Assembly: GCA_046598045.1 (NCBI GenBank) | Contig: JBKJJJ010000073.1 | Location: 1-21,050 of the forward strand | Origin: Candidatus Eiseniibacteriota bacterium | GTDB taxonomy: Bacteria > Eisenbacteria > RBG-16-71-46 > DASYSL01 | Direction of reading: 5' to 3' | DNA: 21,050 nucleotides | In this document: piece by piece, positions 6,228 through 14,527 of the stretch | How positions within the stretch are numbered: position 1 is the first letter of the stretch | Layout of the letters: every line of letters begins with the position of its first letter | Position numbers and translations under genes: made by a program | The notes under the pieces: model-generated | Told to the model about the DNA's origin: nothing | Seen by the model: the letters and a program-made list of their open reading frames with translations, nothing else | The model's database searches: none

Positions 6228-8648
6228 ATGCCGCTCCCAACCCGCCTCTGCTCCCGGGGTCCTCTCGCTGCGCGTCTTCGCGCCGCGCTCGTCGCCCTGT
6301 CTGCGCTGTCCGCGCTCCTGCTCGTCGGCTGTAGCCGGGACGCGCGCTCGCTCCTGTCCGTGCCCGCCGACGGCGAAGTCCTGCGCCCGTTGCTGCGGCT
6401 CACCGCCCGGCTCGAGCCGTCAGGCTCAGGACGGTTCACTGCGCGCTTCACTCTCGCCGATGCCGGCCCCGTGGCCAGCCGCCGGATCCAGTACGCGCTC
6501 GATCCCGCGGTCGAGGCCGCTCCGGACTGGCAGGACGCCCCGGCCGGCGGGCTCCTGCTCACGCTCGCGCGCCGCGACGCGAAGCCCTACGTGCTGCTCG
6601 CGCGCAGCTTCTCGGCGAGCGGCCTCGCATCGCCCGTCGAACGCATCGCATTCACCGCCGAGAACGTGATCGCCACGGCCACGATCGTGAGCCCGCGGCC
6701 GACCCACGAGCTACCGGTGTCCACTCCACCCGCGTTCACCGTGCGCTGGACGGGTGCCGATCCCGAGGCGCCGAACGGCGTGCCGACCGGGTATCTCACG
6801 CGCCTCGTGCGCGCCGACGAGATCAATCCCTCGAATCCGACGGGGGTGACCGCCGCGATGGTGCAGGACTACTTCGCGAGCGACCTGGCGAACCTCCGGG
6901 CAGCATGGCAGGCAACGCCCCAAACAGAGCAAACCCTGAGCGGCCTCCCGGTGACGGTCGTCCAGTACTTCGCCGTGGTTCCGCTCGATACCGGCGGGGG
7001 GCCGGGCGCGACCGGAACGACGTTCGATCTCGATCGCAACGTCCTCCAGTTCCGCCCGACGCTCGACCAGATCGGGCCGGCGATCACGGTGTTCAACGCG
7101 ATGTTCAGCCGCACGAAGTTCGCGGGGGGCCTCGATCCAACGCCGTTGTTCACGGTGCCCGTGCTTGCCGGCAATCCAATCGCCTTCAACTGGAGCGCGA
7201 CTCCCAACGTGGGATTCACGGTGAATGCCTACCGCTGGGCGCTCGACCCCGTCGACTTCACGGATGAGACTCCGCGCCGAAACGCGAACGACCTGTCGCA
7301 CTGGAGCGAGTGGTCGCTCGCGACGACGGCGGCAACCGTAGGGCCCTTCCCACCCGCGGATGCGGAGAAGGGCGGGCACCGCTTTGCGGTCGAGGCGCGC
7401 GAGGACCTGGGGATCACGAGCCTGTTCGTGGTTCAGATCGACGTCGTGCGCAAGGCGAGGCACCCGCGGGACCTGCTCGTGATCGACGACATGTACGGCA
7501 CGACCACCGAGAAGAACGCGGACGGAAGCATCAACTACAAGAGCCCGTACCCGATGGAGGCGGAGCAGGATTCGTTCTACTTCGCCGTCGGAGGATTCCC
7601 GGACACGTTGCGGATCCTGGCGGTCCCACACTTCGGATCCGATGTCAGCCAGGCGGGCGCGTTCGCGGGGTTCGACTACGATACGCTCGACTATCGTTTC
7701 TGGCCGCGGGAGGACATCTCGATCCTCAGCCAGTATCGGGCCGTGGCGTGGTACACCGACCAGGCGTCGGCGTCGCGGGACGGCTCGAAATTCGGCAGCT
7801 TTACGCCGCGGACCGCGCTGCGCTTGATCAATCGCGCGGCCCGGCTGAACGACCTCGCCGTCTTCTCCCAGGGCGGAGGCAAGGTCTGGCTGTTCGGCGA
7901 CGGAGCGACGACTGCGATCGCGAACGGCTACTGGAGCCGGATCGTGTTCTCGGGGGCGCCGCGACTTCCCTATACCACGGGAGCGGACCCGCGCCAGAAC
8001 ATCCTCATACCCGGCGACTTCCTGTACGACTTCTGCCATCTGCGCTCCGAGCTGAACGTCGCCGGAAACAGCCAGACCACACTGACGAAGGACATGCAGC
8101 TGCTATCGGCGATTCCGTACCTGCCGGAGTTCGCGGGGCCGGCGAGCGACGCGGACCGCACGCATGATCCGCGGATCGGGCCAGGCGCGGAGCGCACCGC
8201 TTTGCGGTGGAGTGGGCTGCCGAGACTGACCGCCGCGACGTACCGTTCCGCCAGTCCAAATCCGACGGATCGGAGCAATTCGCTGACCTGGGTCATCACG
8301 CAGCCCCTGTCCGTCACCGAGGGCACGGGACGCCGCACGGAGTCCGTGCTCGACACGCTCTACCTCTGCCAGGCGAGGGCGTTCGACCCGGAGCACCTTC
8401 GCTCCCCGGCCTCGGACGGATTTCCGAACGCGGTCGCGTATCACGGATCGGAACACGGCGAGGTCGTGTGGTTCGGCTTCCCGCTCTATCGCTTCGAGCT
8501 GGAGCAGGCGCGCCAGGTCGTGCGCGTGGTGATGCGCGAGTTCGGCATCGACCCGCTGCCGGCGTCGGTGCGGCAGGGGGCGGGCGCCGCGGAGCCGCCC
8601 GCGTCGACGGTCGCCGAAGCGCAGCCGGTGGAGGCGCGCCTGCGCTAG
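6228..8648 (+). CDS. Large lipoprotein (806 aa), paralogue of 2556..5015 (lipoprotein B2)
   Basis: Lipobox is LVG-C. It shares long near-identical blocks with B1, e.g. NVLQFRPTLD, DDMYGT, PYPMEAEQD, RILAVPHFGSDVS, FAGFDYDTLDYRF, SASRDGSKFGS, AIPYLPEFA, SVLDTLYLCQA, HGEVVWFGF. Confidence 0.85.
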   Translation: MPLPTRLCSRGPLAARLRAALVALSALSALLLVGCSRDARSLLSVPADGEVLRPLLRLTARLEPSGSGRFTARFTLADAGPVASRRIQYALDPAVEAAPDWQDAPAGGLLLTLARRDAKPYVLLARSFSASGLASPVERIAFTAENVIATATIVSPRPTHELPVSTPPAFTVRWTGADPEAPNGVPTGYLTRLVRADEINPSNPTGVTAAMVQDYFASDLANLRAAWQATPQTEQTLSGLPVTVVQYFAVVPLDTGGGPGATGTTFDLDRNVLQFRPTLDQIGPAITVFNAMFSRTKFAGGLDPTPLFTVPVLAGNPIAFNWSATPNVGFTVNAYRWALDPVDFTDETPRRNANDLSHWSEWSLATTAATVGPFPPADAEKGGHRFAVEAREDLGITSLFVVQIDVVRKARHPRDLLVIDDMYGTTTEKNADGSINYKSPYPMEAEQDSFYFAVGGFPDTLRILAVPHFGSDVSQAGAFAGFDYDTLDYRFWPREDISILSQYRAVAWYTDQASASRDGSKFGSFTPRTALRLINRAARLNDLAVFSQGGGKVWLFGDGATTAIANGYWSRIVFSGAPRLPYTTGADPRQNILIPGDFLYDFCHLRSELNVAGNSQTTLTKDMQLLSAIPYLPEFAGPASDADRTHDPRIGPGAERTALRWSGLPRLTAATYRSASPNPTDRSNSLTWVITQPLSVTEGTGRRTESVLDTLYLCQARAFDPEHLRSPASDGFPNAVAYHGSEHGEVVWFGFPLYRFELEQARQVVRVVMREFGIDPLPASVRQGAGAAEPPASTVAEAQPVEARLR

Positions 8649-8667
8649 GAAGTCGGCATCGAACGAC

Positions 8668-8710
8668 CGCGCGCCGGACCGCCCGCACGGGGCCCGGCGC
8701 GCGCCGTTTG
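8668..8710 (+). terminator. Probable terminator hairpin after lipoprotein B2
   Basis: CGCGCGCCGG(8668-8677) pairs perfectly with CCGGCGCGCG(8694-8703), starting about 20 nt after the TAG and followed by CCGTTTG. Confidence 0.45.
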
Positions 8711-8724
8711 GGTCCCGCCGGGGG

Positions 8725-8753
8725 TTGTGGGGGATCGGCCAATCTGCCATGAT
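8725..8753 (+). promoter_or_regulatory. Candidate extended -10 promoter for the aminotransferase-protease cluster
   Basis: TTGTGG (8725-8730), 17-bp spacer, TG (8745-8746), CATGAT (8748-8753). Confidence 0.4.
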
Positions 8754-8846
8754 TCCAGTGACTTCGGCCGCCTCGTCGGCCGCCCGCCCGCGGTTCGAGC
8801 CCCCTGGATTCCCCCGGGGTCCGGCCGCGTCGCCCGGAGGAGCCCT

Positions 8847-10199
8847 TTGAAAACCAGAGCACCCCGTATCCAGTCGCGGCGCTTGCCCGGCCCGAAGGCC
8901 AAGGCGTGGGTGGCGCGCGACAAGGCCGCGATTTCGACGTCCTACACCCGCTCCTACCCGCTGGTCGTCAGCCACGGCCAGGGCGCCGAGCTGACCGACG
9001 TCGACGGCAATGTGTTCCTCGACTTGAACGCCGGGATCGCGGTCGGCGCCACCGGCCACGCCCACCCGGCCGTGGTCAAGGCGATCCAGGACCAGGCCGC
9101 CAGATTTCTCCACATGTCGGGTACGGACTTCTACTACCCGCAGGAGATCACGCTCGCCGAGAAGCTCGGCAAGCTCGTGCCGGGCCGGAAACCCAAGCGC
9201 ACCTTCCTCTCCAACTCGGGCACCGAGGCGGTCGAGTGCGCCATCAAACTCGCGCGCTACAAGAGCGGGCGCACGCAGTTCATCGCATTCATCGGCGCGT
9301 TCCACGGGCGCACCATGGGCTCGTTGTCGCTCACGGCCTCGAAGGCGATCCAGAAGAAGGGCTTCGCGCCGACCATGCCGGGCGTGACGCACGTGCCCTA
9401 TGCCGATTGCCGGCGCTGCGTGTTCAACCTCGAGTTCCCGAGCTGCAACATCGCCTGCGTCGACTACATCGAGGACGTGGTGATGAAGAAGGTCGTGCCC
9501 GCCGAGGACACGGCCGCGATCGTCGTCGAGTCGATCCAGGGCGAGGGGGGCTACATCATCCCGCCGCCCGGCTACCACCAGAAGCTTGCGAAGCTCGCGA
9601 AGAAGTACGGCATCCTCCTGGTCGTCGACGAGGTGCAGTCGGGCATGGGCCGCACCGGCAAGTGGTTCGGCATCGAGCACTGGCCCGGCGTCGAACCCGA
9701 CATCGTCACCATCGCGAAGGGGATCGCCTCGGGCCTGCCGCTCGGCGCCACCGTGGCCTCACGCGAGCTCATGAACTGGCCGCCCGGGTCGCACGGCAAC
9801 ACGTTCGGCGGCAACCCGGTGAGCTGCGCCGCCTCGCTCGCCACGATCAAGCTGATCGAGGACGAGCTGCTCGCGAACACGCAGAAGGTCGGCGCGTTCA
9901 TGGCGAAGGAACTCAACTCGATGCTCGAGCGCCACGAGAGCATGGGCTGGGTGAACGCGCTCGGGCTCATGATCGGCATCGAGTTCGTGGCCAAGCCGGG
10001 CACCACGATCGGCTCGCCCAAGTTGCGCGATGCGGTCGAGCAGGAGTGCTTCAAGCGTGGCATCCTGGTGCTCGGCGCCGGGCCGTCGGCGATCCGGATC
10101 GCCCCGCCGCTCGTGCTCTCGAAGGCGCAGGCGACGACCGCGCTCGAGATCTTCGAGGACGCGGTGACGCACGTCGAACGCACCGTCCGGGCGCGCTGA
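8847..10199 (+). CDS. Class III PLP-dependent aminotransferase (4-aminobutyrate/(acetyl)ornithine aminotransferase family), 450 aa
   Basis: TTG 8847 with GGAGGA at 8836-8841. Motifs: DVDGNVFLD, SNSGTEAVE, FHGRT, ESIQGEGG, DEVQSGMGRTG, DIVTIAKG (PLP lysine) and HGNTFGGNP. Confidence 0.93.
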   Translation: MKTRAPRIQSRRLPGPKAKAWVARDKAAISTSYTRSYPLVVSHGQGAELTDVDGNVFLDLNAGIAVGATGHAHPAVVKAIQDQAARFLHMSGTDFYYPQEITLAEKLGKLVPGRKPKRTFLSNSGTEAVECAIKLARYKSGRTQFIAFIGAFHGRTMGSLSLTASKAIQKKGFAPTMPGVTHVPYADCRRCVFNLEFPSCNIACVDYIEDVVMKKVVPAEDTAAIVVESIQGEGGYIIPPPGYHQKLAKLAKKYGILLVVDEVQSGMGRTGKWFGIEHWPGVEPDIVTIAKGIASGLPLGATVASRELMNWPPGSHGNTFGGNPVSCAASLATIKLIEDELLANTQKVGAFMAKELNSMLERHESMGWVNALGLMIGIEFVAKPGTTIGSPKLRDAVEQECFKRGILVLGAGPSAIRIAPPLVLSKAQATTALEIFEDAVTHVERTVRAR

Positions 10200-10206
10200 G
10201 GCTCCG

Positions 10207-11259
10207 GTGTCGATCCGGGTCACGGTGCTGCGGGGCGAGACGCCCGAGTCCGAGCATGCGGTCGAAGGCGTGGTCATGGACGCCCACGGGCAGATCCTGG
10301 CCGCCACCCCGCGCCCGGACCGGGTGACGTTCTTCCGCTCCGCCGCCAAGCCGTTCCAGATGCTGCCGTTCGTCGAGCGCGGGCATTTCGACCGTCTCGG
10401 CCTGCCCGAGGGCCTGCTCGCGCTGATCGCGGCGAGCCACAACGGCGAGCCCATGCATGTCGCCGGCGCGCGCGCGATCCTCGAGGCCTGCGGGCGCAGC
10501 GAGGCCGATCTCGAGTGCGGGTTCCAATGGCCCGAGAACGACGCGGCGACGATGGACTGGCTGCGCCAGGCCCCACCCGAACAGCACACCGGGATCTACA
10601 ACAACTGCTCGGGCAAGCACGCGGGCATGATCGCGCTCGCCGTCGCCGAAGGCTGGCCGGTCGCCGGGTACACCGCGGCCGACCACCCGGTGCAGGTGGC
10701 CGCCCTCGACGCGATCGCGGACGTGTGCCAGGTCCAGCGCGCCTCAATGCCACTCGGCATCGACGGCTGCAGCGCGCCGAACCCCGCGCTCTCCCTGATC
10801 GCGATGACGGCGGGCTATGCGCGCTTCGCCGCCGCGCGGGCGGACGGCGCCACGCCGCGCGCGCGCGCGCTGGCGCGCATCCGCGCCGCGATGGTCGGCT
10901 CCCCGGAGCTGGTCGGGGGCACCGGGCGCTTTTGCACGGCGCTCATGCGCGTGACCGGCGGCCGGCTGGTGACCAAGACCGGCGCCGAAGGGGTCCAGTG
11001 CGTGGGCGAACCCCAACGCGGCCTCGGGATCGTGGTCAAGACCGTGGACGGCACGCGCCGCGCCGTGGCCCCCGCACTGGTCGGGTGGCTGCGCGCCCTC
11101 GACCTGCTGAGCCCGGCCGAGGCCGACGCCCTCGCCGAATTTGCACACCCAACGCTCTCCAATCATCGCAAACTCGTAGTGGGGACGATCGCCGCGGGGG
11201 AGTTCCCCGCGTGGCGCGTCTCGCCGACAACCCTGGCCAGCGGGAGCACCTCGTCATGA
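10207..11259 (+). CDS. L-asparaginase, class 3 (Rhizobium etli-type, Asparaginase_II family)
   Basis: The family motifs RSAAKPFQ, ASHNGE, NNCSGKHAG, IDGCSAP and KTGAEG are all present in the expected order. Confidence 0.9.
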   Translation: MSIRVTVLRGETPESEHAVEGVVMDAHGQILAATPRPDRVTFFRSAAKPFQMLPFVERGHFDRLGLPEGLLALIAASHNGEPMHVAGARAILEACGRSEADLECGFQWPENDAATMDWLRQAPPEQHTGIYNNCSGKHAGMIALAVAEGWPVAGYTAADHPVQVAALDAIADVCQVQRASMPLGIDGCSAPNPALSLIAMTAGYARFAAARADGATPRARALARIRAAMVGSPELVGGTGRFCTALMRVTGGRLVTKTGAEGVQCVGEPQRGLGIVVKTVDGTRRAVAPALVGWLRALDLLSPAEADALAEFAHPTLSNHRKLVVGTIAAGEFPAWRVSPTTLASGSTSS

Positions 11260-13073
11260 CACCCTTCGCCCTGCGCCACCTCGGACTCGCCGTCCTGTTC
11301 TCCCTGCTCGCCGTGCCCGCCCATGCGGGCGTCCCCGGGCCCGCGCTGACCGAAGCCGCGCTCGGCGATCCCGACGCGCCGGTGACCGTGTGGGTGAATT
11401 TCGCCGACCGCGCGGGCGCCGAGCGCGACCCGGCCGCGTTTGCCGCCGCGCGGGCGCGCATGGCGCCGCGGGCGCTCGAGCGTCGCCGGCTGAGGGGCGT
11501 GCTCCCCGACGTCGTGGCCGCGGACCTGCCGGTGCACGAGGCCTACGTGCGCGCGCTGGTCGCGCGCGGCGCTTCGCTCCGGGGCACGAGCCGCTGGCTC
11601 AACGCCGCGAGCGTGACGCTTCCGGCGCGCCAGGCCGCGGAGCTCGCGCGCCTGCCGTTCGTCGCCTCGGTCGAACTCGTGCCACGCGCGCGCGTCAGCC
11701 GCGACCCCGAGCCGTTCGCCTCGGACGCGCCCGGCACCGACGCGGCCGCGGCCCCGGCGCAGGTCCAATTCGCGCCCGGCGACACCGCGTTCTACGGCGC
11801 GACGTTCAAGCAGATGAACCTGATGCAGGTGCCGCAGCTCCACGCCGCGGGGATCAATGGCGCCGGGGTCCTGGTGTGCATCCTCGACGGCGGCTGCCGC
11901 ACAACGCACCAGATCTTCGCGGGGCTGTCGGTCGTCGCGCGCTACGACTTCGTGAACAACGACCCGGTGGTCGACGACCAGGTCCCGCCCGACGCGGCCG
12001 GCGACGCGTCGCACGGCACCTCGACGCTGGCCTGCATCGCGGGCTTCAAGCCCGGCACCTACGTCGGCGGCGCGTACGGTTGCTCGGTCGCGCTCGGCAA
12101 GACCGAGTACGGCGCGACCGAGACCCCGGTCGAGATGGACAACTGGCAGCGCGGCGCCGAGTGGGCGGACAGCCTCGGGGCCGACGTGATCAGCTCGAGC
12201 CTCGGGTACTTCCAGTTCGATGTGCCGTACCCCAGCTACACCTATGCCGACATGGACGGGAAGACCACGGTGGTCACGCGCGCCGCCTCCGAGGCCGTGC
12301 GTCGCGGGATCACGGTCGTGACCGCGGTCGGCAACGAGGGTGCGATGGCGTGGCACTTCCTGGTCGCGCCCTCGGACGCGGACACGGTGATGGCGATCGG
12401 CGCGGTGGATTCGTTCAACGTGGTGACTGGGTTCAGCTCGCGCGGGCCGTCGGCCGACGGGCGGATCAAGCCCGACCTCACGGCCATGGGCTCCCGCGTC
12501 TACCTGCCGACGTTCACGAACCTCACGAGCTACGGCCGCGCGAGCGGAACCTCGTTCTCGACGCCGCTCACGGCCGGGGTCGCCGCGCTCGTGCTGCAGG
12601 CGCACCCGACGTGGGGGCCGTTCGAGGTGCGCGAGGCGCTGCGCGAGACCGCGCTCAACCACCTCGCCCCGAACAACGACATCGGCTGGGGCCTGGTGCA
12701 GGGCTTCGCCGCGACGCAGTGGGTGCCGAGCACGACCGCCGTGTTGCCGGGTCCGCTCCCGGGCGGCGCAGCGGTCGCGCTGGCCGCGGGCCCGAACCCA
12801 TTCCGTATGGGCGCGGCGCAGGTCGTTCGCTTCAGCGCGCGCGGGCGCGTCGCGCTCGACGCGTTCGACCTCCGGGGCCGGCGCGTGGCGCGCCTGTACG
12901 AGGGCGTCGCCGACGGTCCCGCCTCGGTCTCGTGGAGCGGCGCCTCCGAGGATGGACGCTCGCTCCCCGCCGGCATGTATTGGCTTCGTCTCACCGCGGC
13001 CCCGCTTGCGGGCGCCGCGACCCCGCCCGCCGCCGCCGTCCCGAGCGCGCTGCGGGTCGTCTTGTTGCCCTGA
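11256..13073 (+). CDS. Secreted subtilisin-like S8 serine peptidase (605 aa) with a C-terminal FlgD-Ig/CTD-like domain
   Basis: ATG 11256 overlaps the asparaginase TGA (ATGA). The signal peptide ends AHA|G and a propeptide follows. Catalytic triad: ILDGG, HGTSTL, GTSFSTP; oxyanion AVGNEG. Tail: GPNPF...FDLRGRRVARL...WSGASEDGRSLPAGMYWLRL. Confidence 0.92.
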   Translation: MTPFALRHLGLAVLFSLLAVPAHAGVPGPALTEAALGDPDAPVTVWVNFADRAGAERDPAAFAAARARMAPRALERRRLRGVLPDVVAADLPVHEAYVRALVARGASLRGTSRWLNAASVTLPARQAAELARLPFVASVELVPRARVSRDPEPFASDAPGTDAAAAPAQVQFAPGDTAFYGATFKQMNLMQVPQLHAAGINGAGVLVCILDGGCRTTHQIFAGLSVVARYDFVNNDPVVDDQVPPDAAGDASHGTSTLACIAGFKPGTYVGGAYGCSVALGKTEYGATETPVEMDNWQRGAEWADSLGADVISSSLGYFQFDVPYPSYTYADMDGKTTVVTRAASEAVRRGITVVTAVGNEGAMAWHFLVAPSDADTVMAIGAVDSFNVVTGFSSRGPSADGRIKPDLTAMGSRVYLPTFTNLTSYGRASGTSFSTPLTAGVAALVLQAHPTWGPFEVREALRETALNHLAPNNDIGWGLVQGFAATQWVPSTTAVLPGPLPGGAAVALAAGPNPFRMGAAQVVRFSARGRVALDAFDLRGRRVARLYEGVADGPASVSWSGASEDGRSLPAGMYWLRLTAAPLAGAATPPAAAVPSALRVVLLP

Positions 13074-13111
13074 TCACTCGCGGGCCCCGCGCCCGCGTGG
13101 GAGGCTTTCGG

Positions 13112-14527
13112 ATGATGGTCTCATTCCACTCGCGCCGGCATGGCCGGGCGGCCTCTGCCGCGCTCGCGCTTGCGATGTCGTGGGCGGCGCTGGCTCCGCT
13201 CGCCGCGCAAGCGCAGGACGCGGCCGCGCCGCCGCCCGCCGCGGCCACGCCTTCGGCGTCGGTCGCCGCGCTGGTCACGCCCGAGGAGGGCCGCCTCAAG
13301 AACGGGCTGCGCGTGCTGTCGCTGGTGGACACGCACGCTGCGGTGTCGACTTTCCAGGTCTGGTACGACACCGGCTCGCGCAACGAGCGCCCCGGCATCA
13401 CCGGGATCTCGCACCTGTTCGAGCACATGATGTTCAAGGGCACGAAGAAGGTCCTGCCCGAGGAACACGCGCGCCAGATCCAGGCGGTCGGGGGCGTCAA
13501 CGACGCGGCGACCACGTGGGACATGACGTACTACTGGCAGGCGCTCCCGCCCGACCAGCTCGATCTCGCCGCGCGCCTCGAGTCCGACCGCATGGCGAAC
13601 CTCGCGCTGACCGATGCCAACCTCGCGTCCGAGCGCGAGGTGGTCAAGGAGGAGCGGCGCTTTCGGGTGGACAACCAGCCGATCGGCCGCGCGGTCGAGC
13701 TGCTCACCGCGATGGCCTACGACGCGAACCCGTATCACTGGCCGACCCTGGGCTGGATGAGCGATCTCGACGCGATCACGCTCGACGACTGCAAGGACTA
13801 CTACGCCATCCACTACGCGCCCGACAAGGCGGTCGTGGTGATCGCCGGCCCGACCTCGCATGCGGACAACATGAGGCTCGTGGAGAAGTACTTCGGCGCG
13901 CTCAAGCCCGGACGCCCGGCGCCGCGCGTGGCCACCGGGGAGGTGCCGCAGCACGGCGTGCGCGCGGCGACGCTCGAGGTCGAGGCGCAGCTTCCGCTGC
14001 TGCTCGGCGGCTACAAGGTGCCGCCGGATTCGAGCGCCGACACCCCGGTGATCGAGGTGATCGCGAACCTGCTCTCGACCGGCGAGTCCTCGCGCCTCTA
14101 TCGCAAGCTGGTGTACGACGACCAGTCGGCGCTGTTCGCGAGCGGGTTGGCGATCGGCCGCAAGGACGTCGGGATCTTCTACGCGTTCTGCGCCGCGAAG
14201 CCCGGGCGCGATCGCGACTCCCTGGAGGCCACGTTCTTCCACGAGTTCGAGCGCCTGGCGACCGACGACGTCTCGGCCGACGAGCTGTCGCGCGTGCAGA
14301 ACCAGCTCGAGGCCCAGTTCGTGTTCGGACTCGAGCAGGTGCAGGACCGCGCGACCAACGTCGCGCTCGCGACCCTGATCGGGGGCGACCCGAAGCGCGC
14401 GGCAAGCCGCGTCGAGCGCTGGCGCGCTGTGACCGCGGCGGACATCCGCCGCGTCGCCGCCACCTATCTCGTGCCGGCGAACCGCACCCGCGTGTGGGTC
14501 GTGCCGGCGCCCCGGAGGGCCTCGTGA
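13112..14527 (+). CDS. M16B zinc metallopeptidase, catalytic (HXXEH) subunit, exported (471 aa)
   Basis: ATG 13112 after GGGAGG. The signal peptide ends AQA|Q. Motifs: LKNGLRV, GSRNERPGITGISHLFEHMMFKGT (HLFEH at 13412-13426) and the downstream EREVVKEERR. Confidence 0.92.
   Translation: MMVSFHSRRHGRAASAALALAMSWAALAPLAAQAQDAAAPPPAAATPSASVAALVTPEEGRLKNGLRVLSLVDTHAAVSTFQVWYDTGSRNERPGITGISHLFEHMMFKGTKKVLPEEHARQIQAVGGVNDAATTWDMTYYWQALPPDQLDLAARLESDRMANLALTDANLASEREVVKEERRFRVDNQPIGRAVELLTAMAYDANPYHWPTLGWMSDLDAITLDDCKDYYAIHYAPDKAVVVIAGPTSHADNMRLVEKYFGALKPGRPAPRVATGEVPQHGVRAATLEVEAQLPLLLGGYKVPPDSSADTPVIEVIANLLSTGESSRLYRKLVYDDQSALFASGLAIGRKDVGIFYAFCAAKPGRDRDSLEATFFHEFERLATDDVSADELSRVQNQLEAQFVFGLEQVQDRATNVALATLIGGDPKRAASRVERWRAVTAADIRRVAATYLVPANRTRVWVVPAPRRAS

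Noticed and set aside
2556..8648. B1/B2 similarity considered as a diversity-generating retroelement TR/VR pair or a phase-variation cassette
   Set aside because: Both are intact full-length genes, differences are not adenine-specific, and no reverse transcriptase, recombinase or invertible repeats are present in the window.
8847..10199. Possibility that the class III enzyme is an amino-acid racemase/epimerase
   Set aside because: It has ESIQGEGG with Glu. As I recall, fold-type I racemases such as isoleucine 2-epimerase have Asp here (QGD). A transaminase is more likely, but the substrate is unresolved, so no gene symbol is given.
10515..14526. Long N-terminal extensions of the S8 and M16 ORFs (10515, 11390, 12952 starts), suggesting fusions or frameshifting
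   Set aside because: The extensions overlap upstream genes in other frames. Each real gene has its own start and signal peptide (11256, 13112, 14527), and I saw no slippery site.
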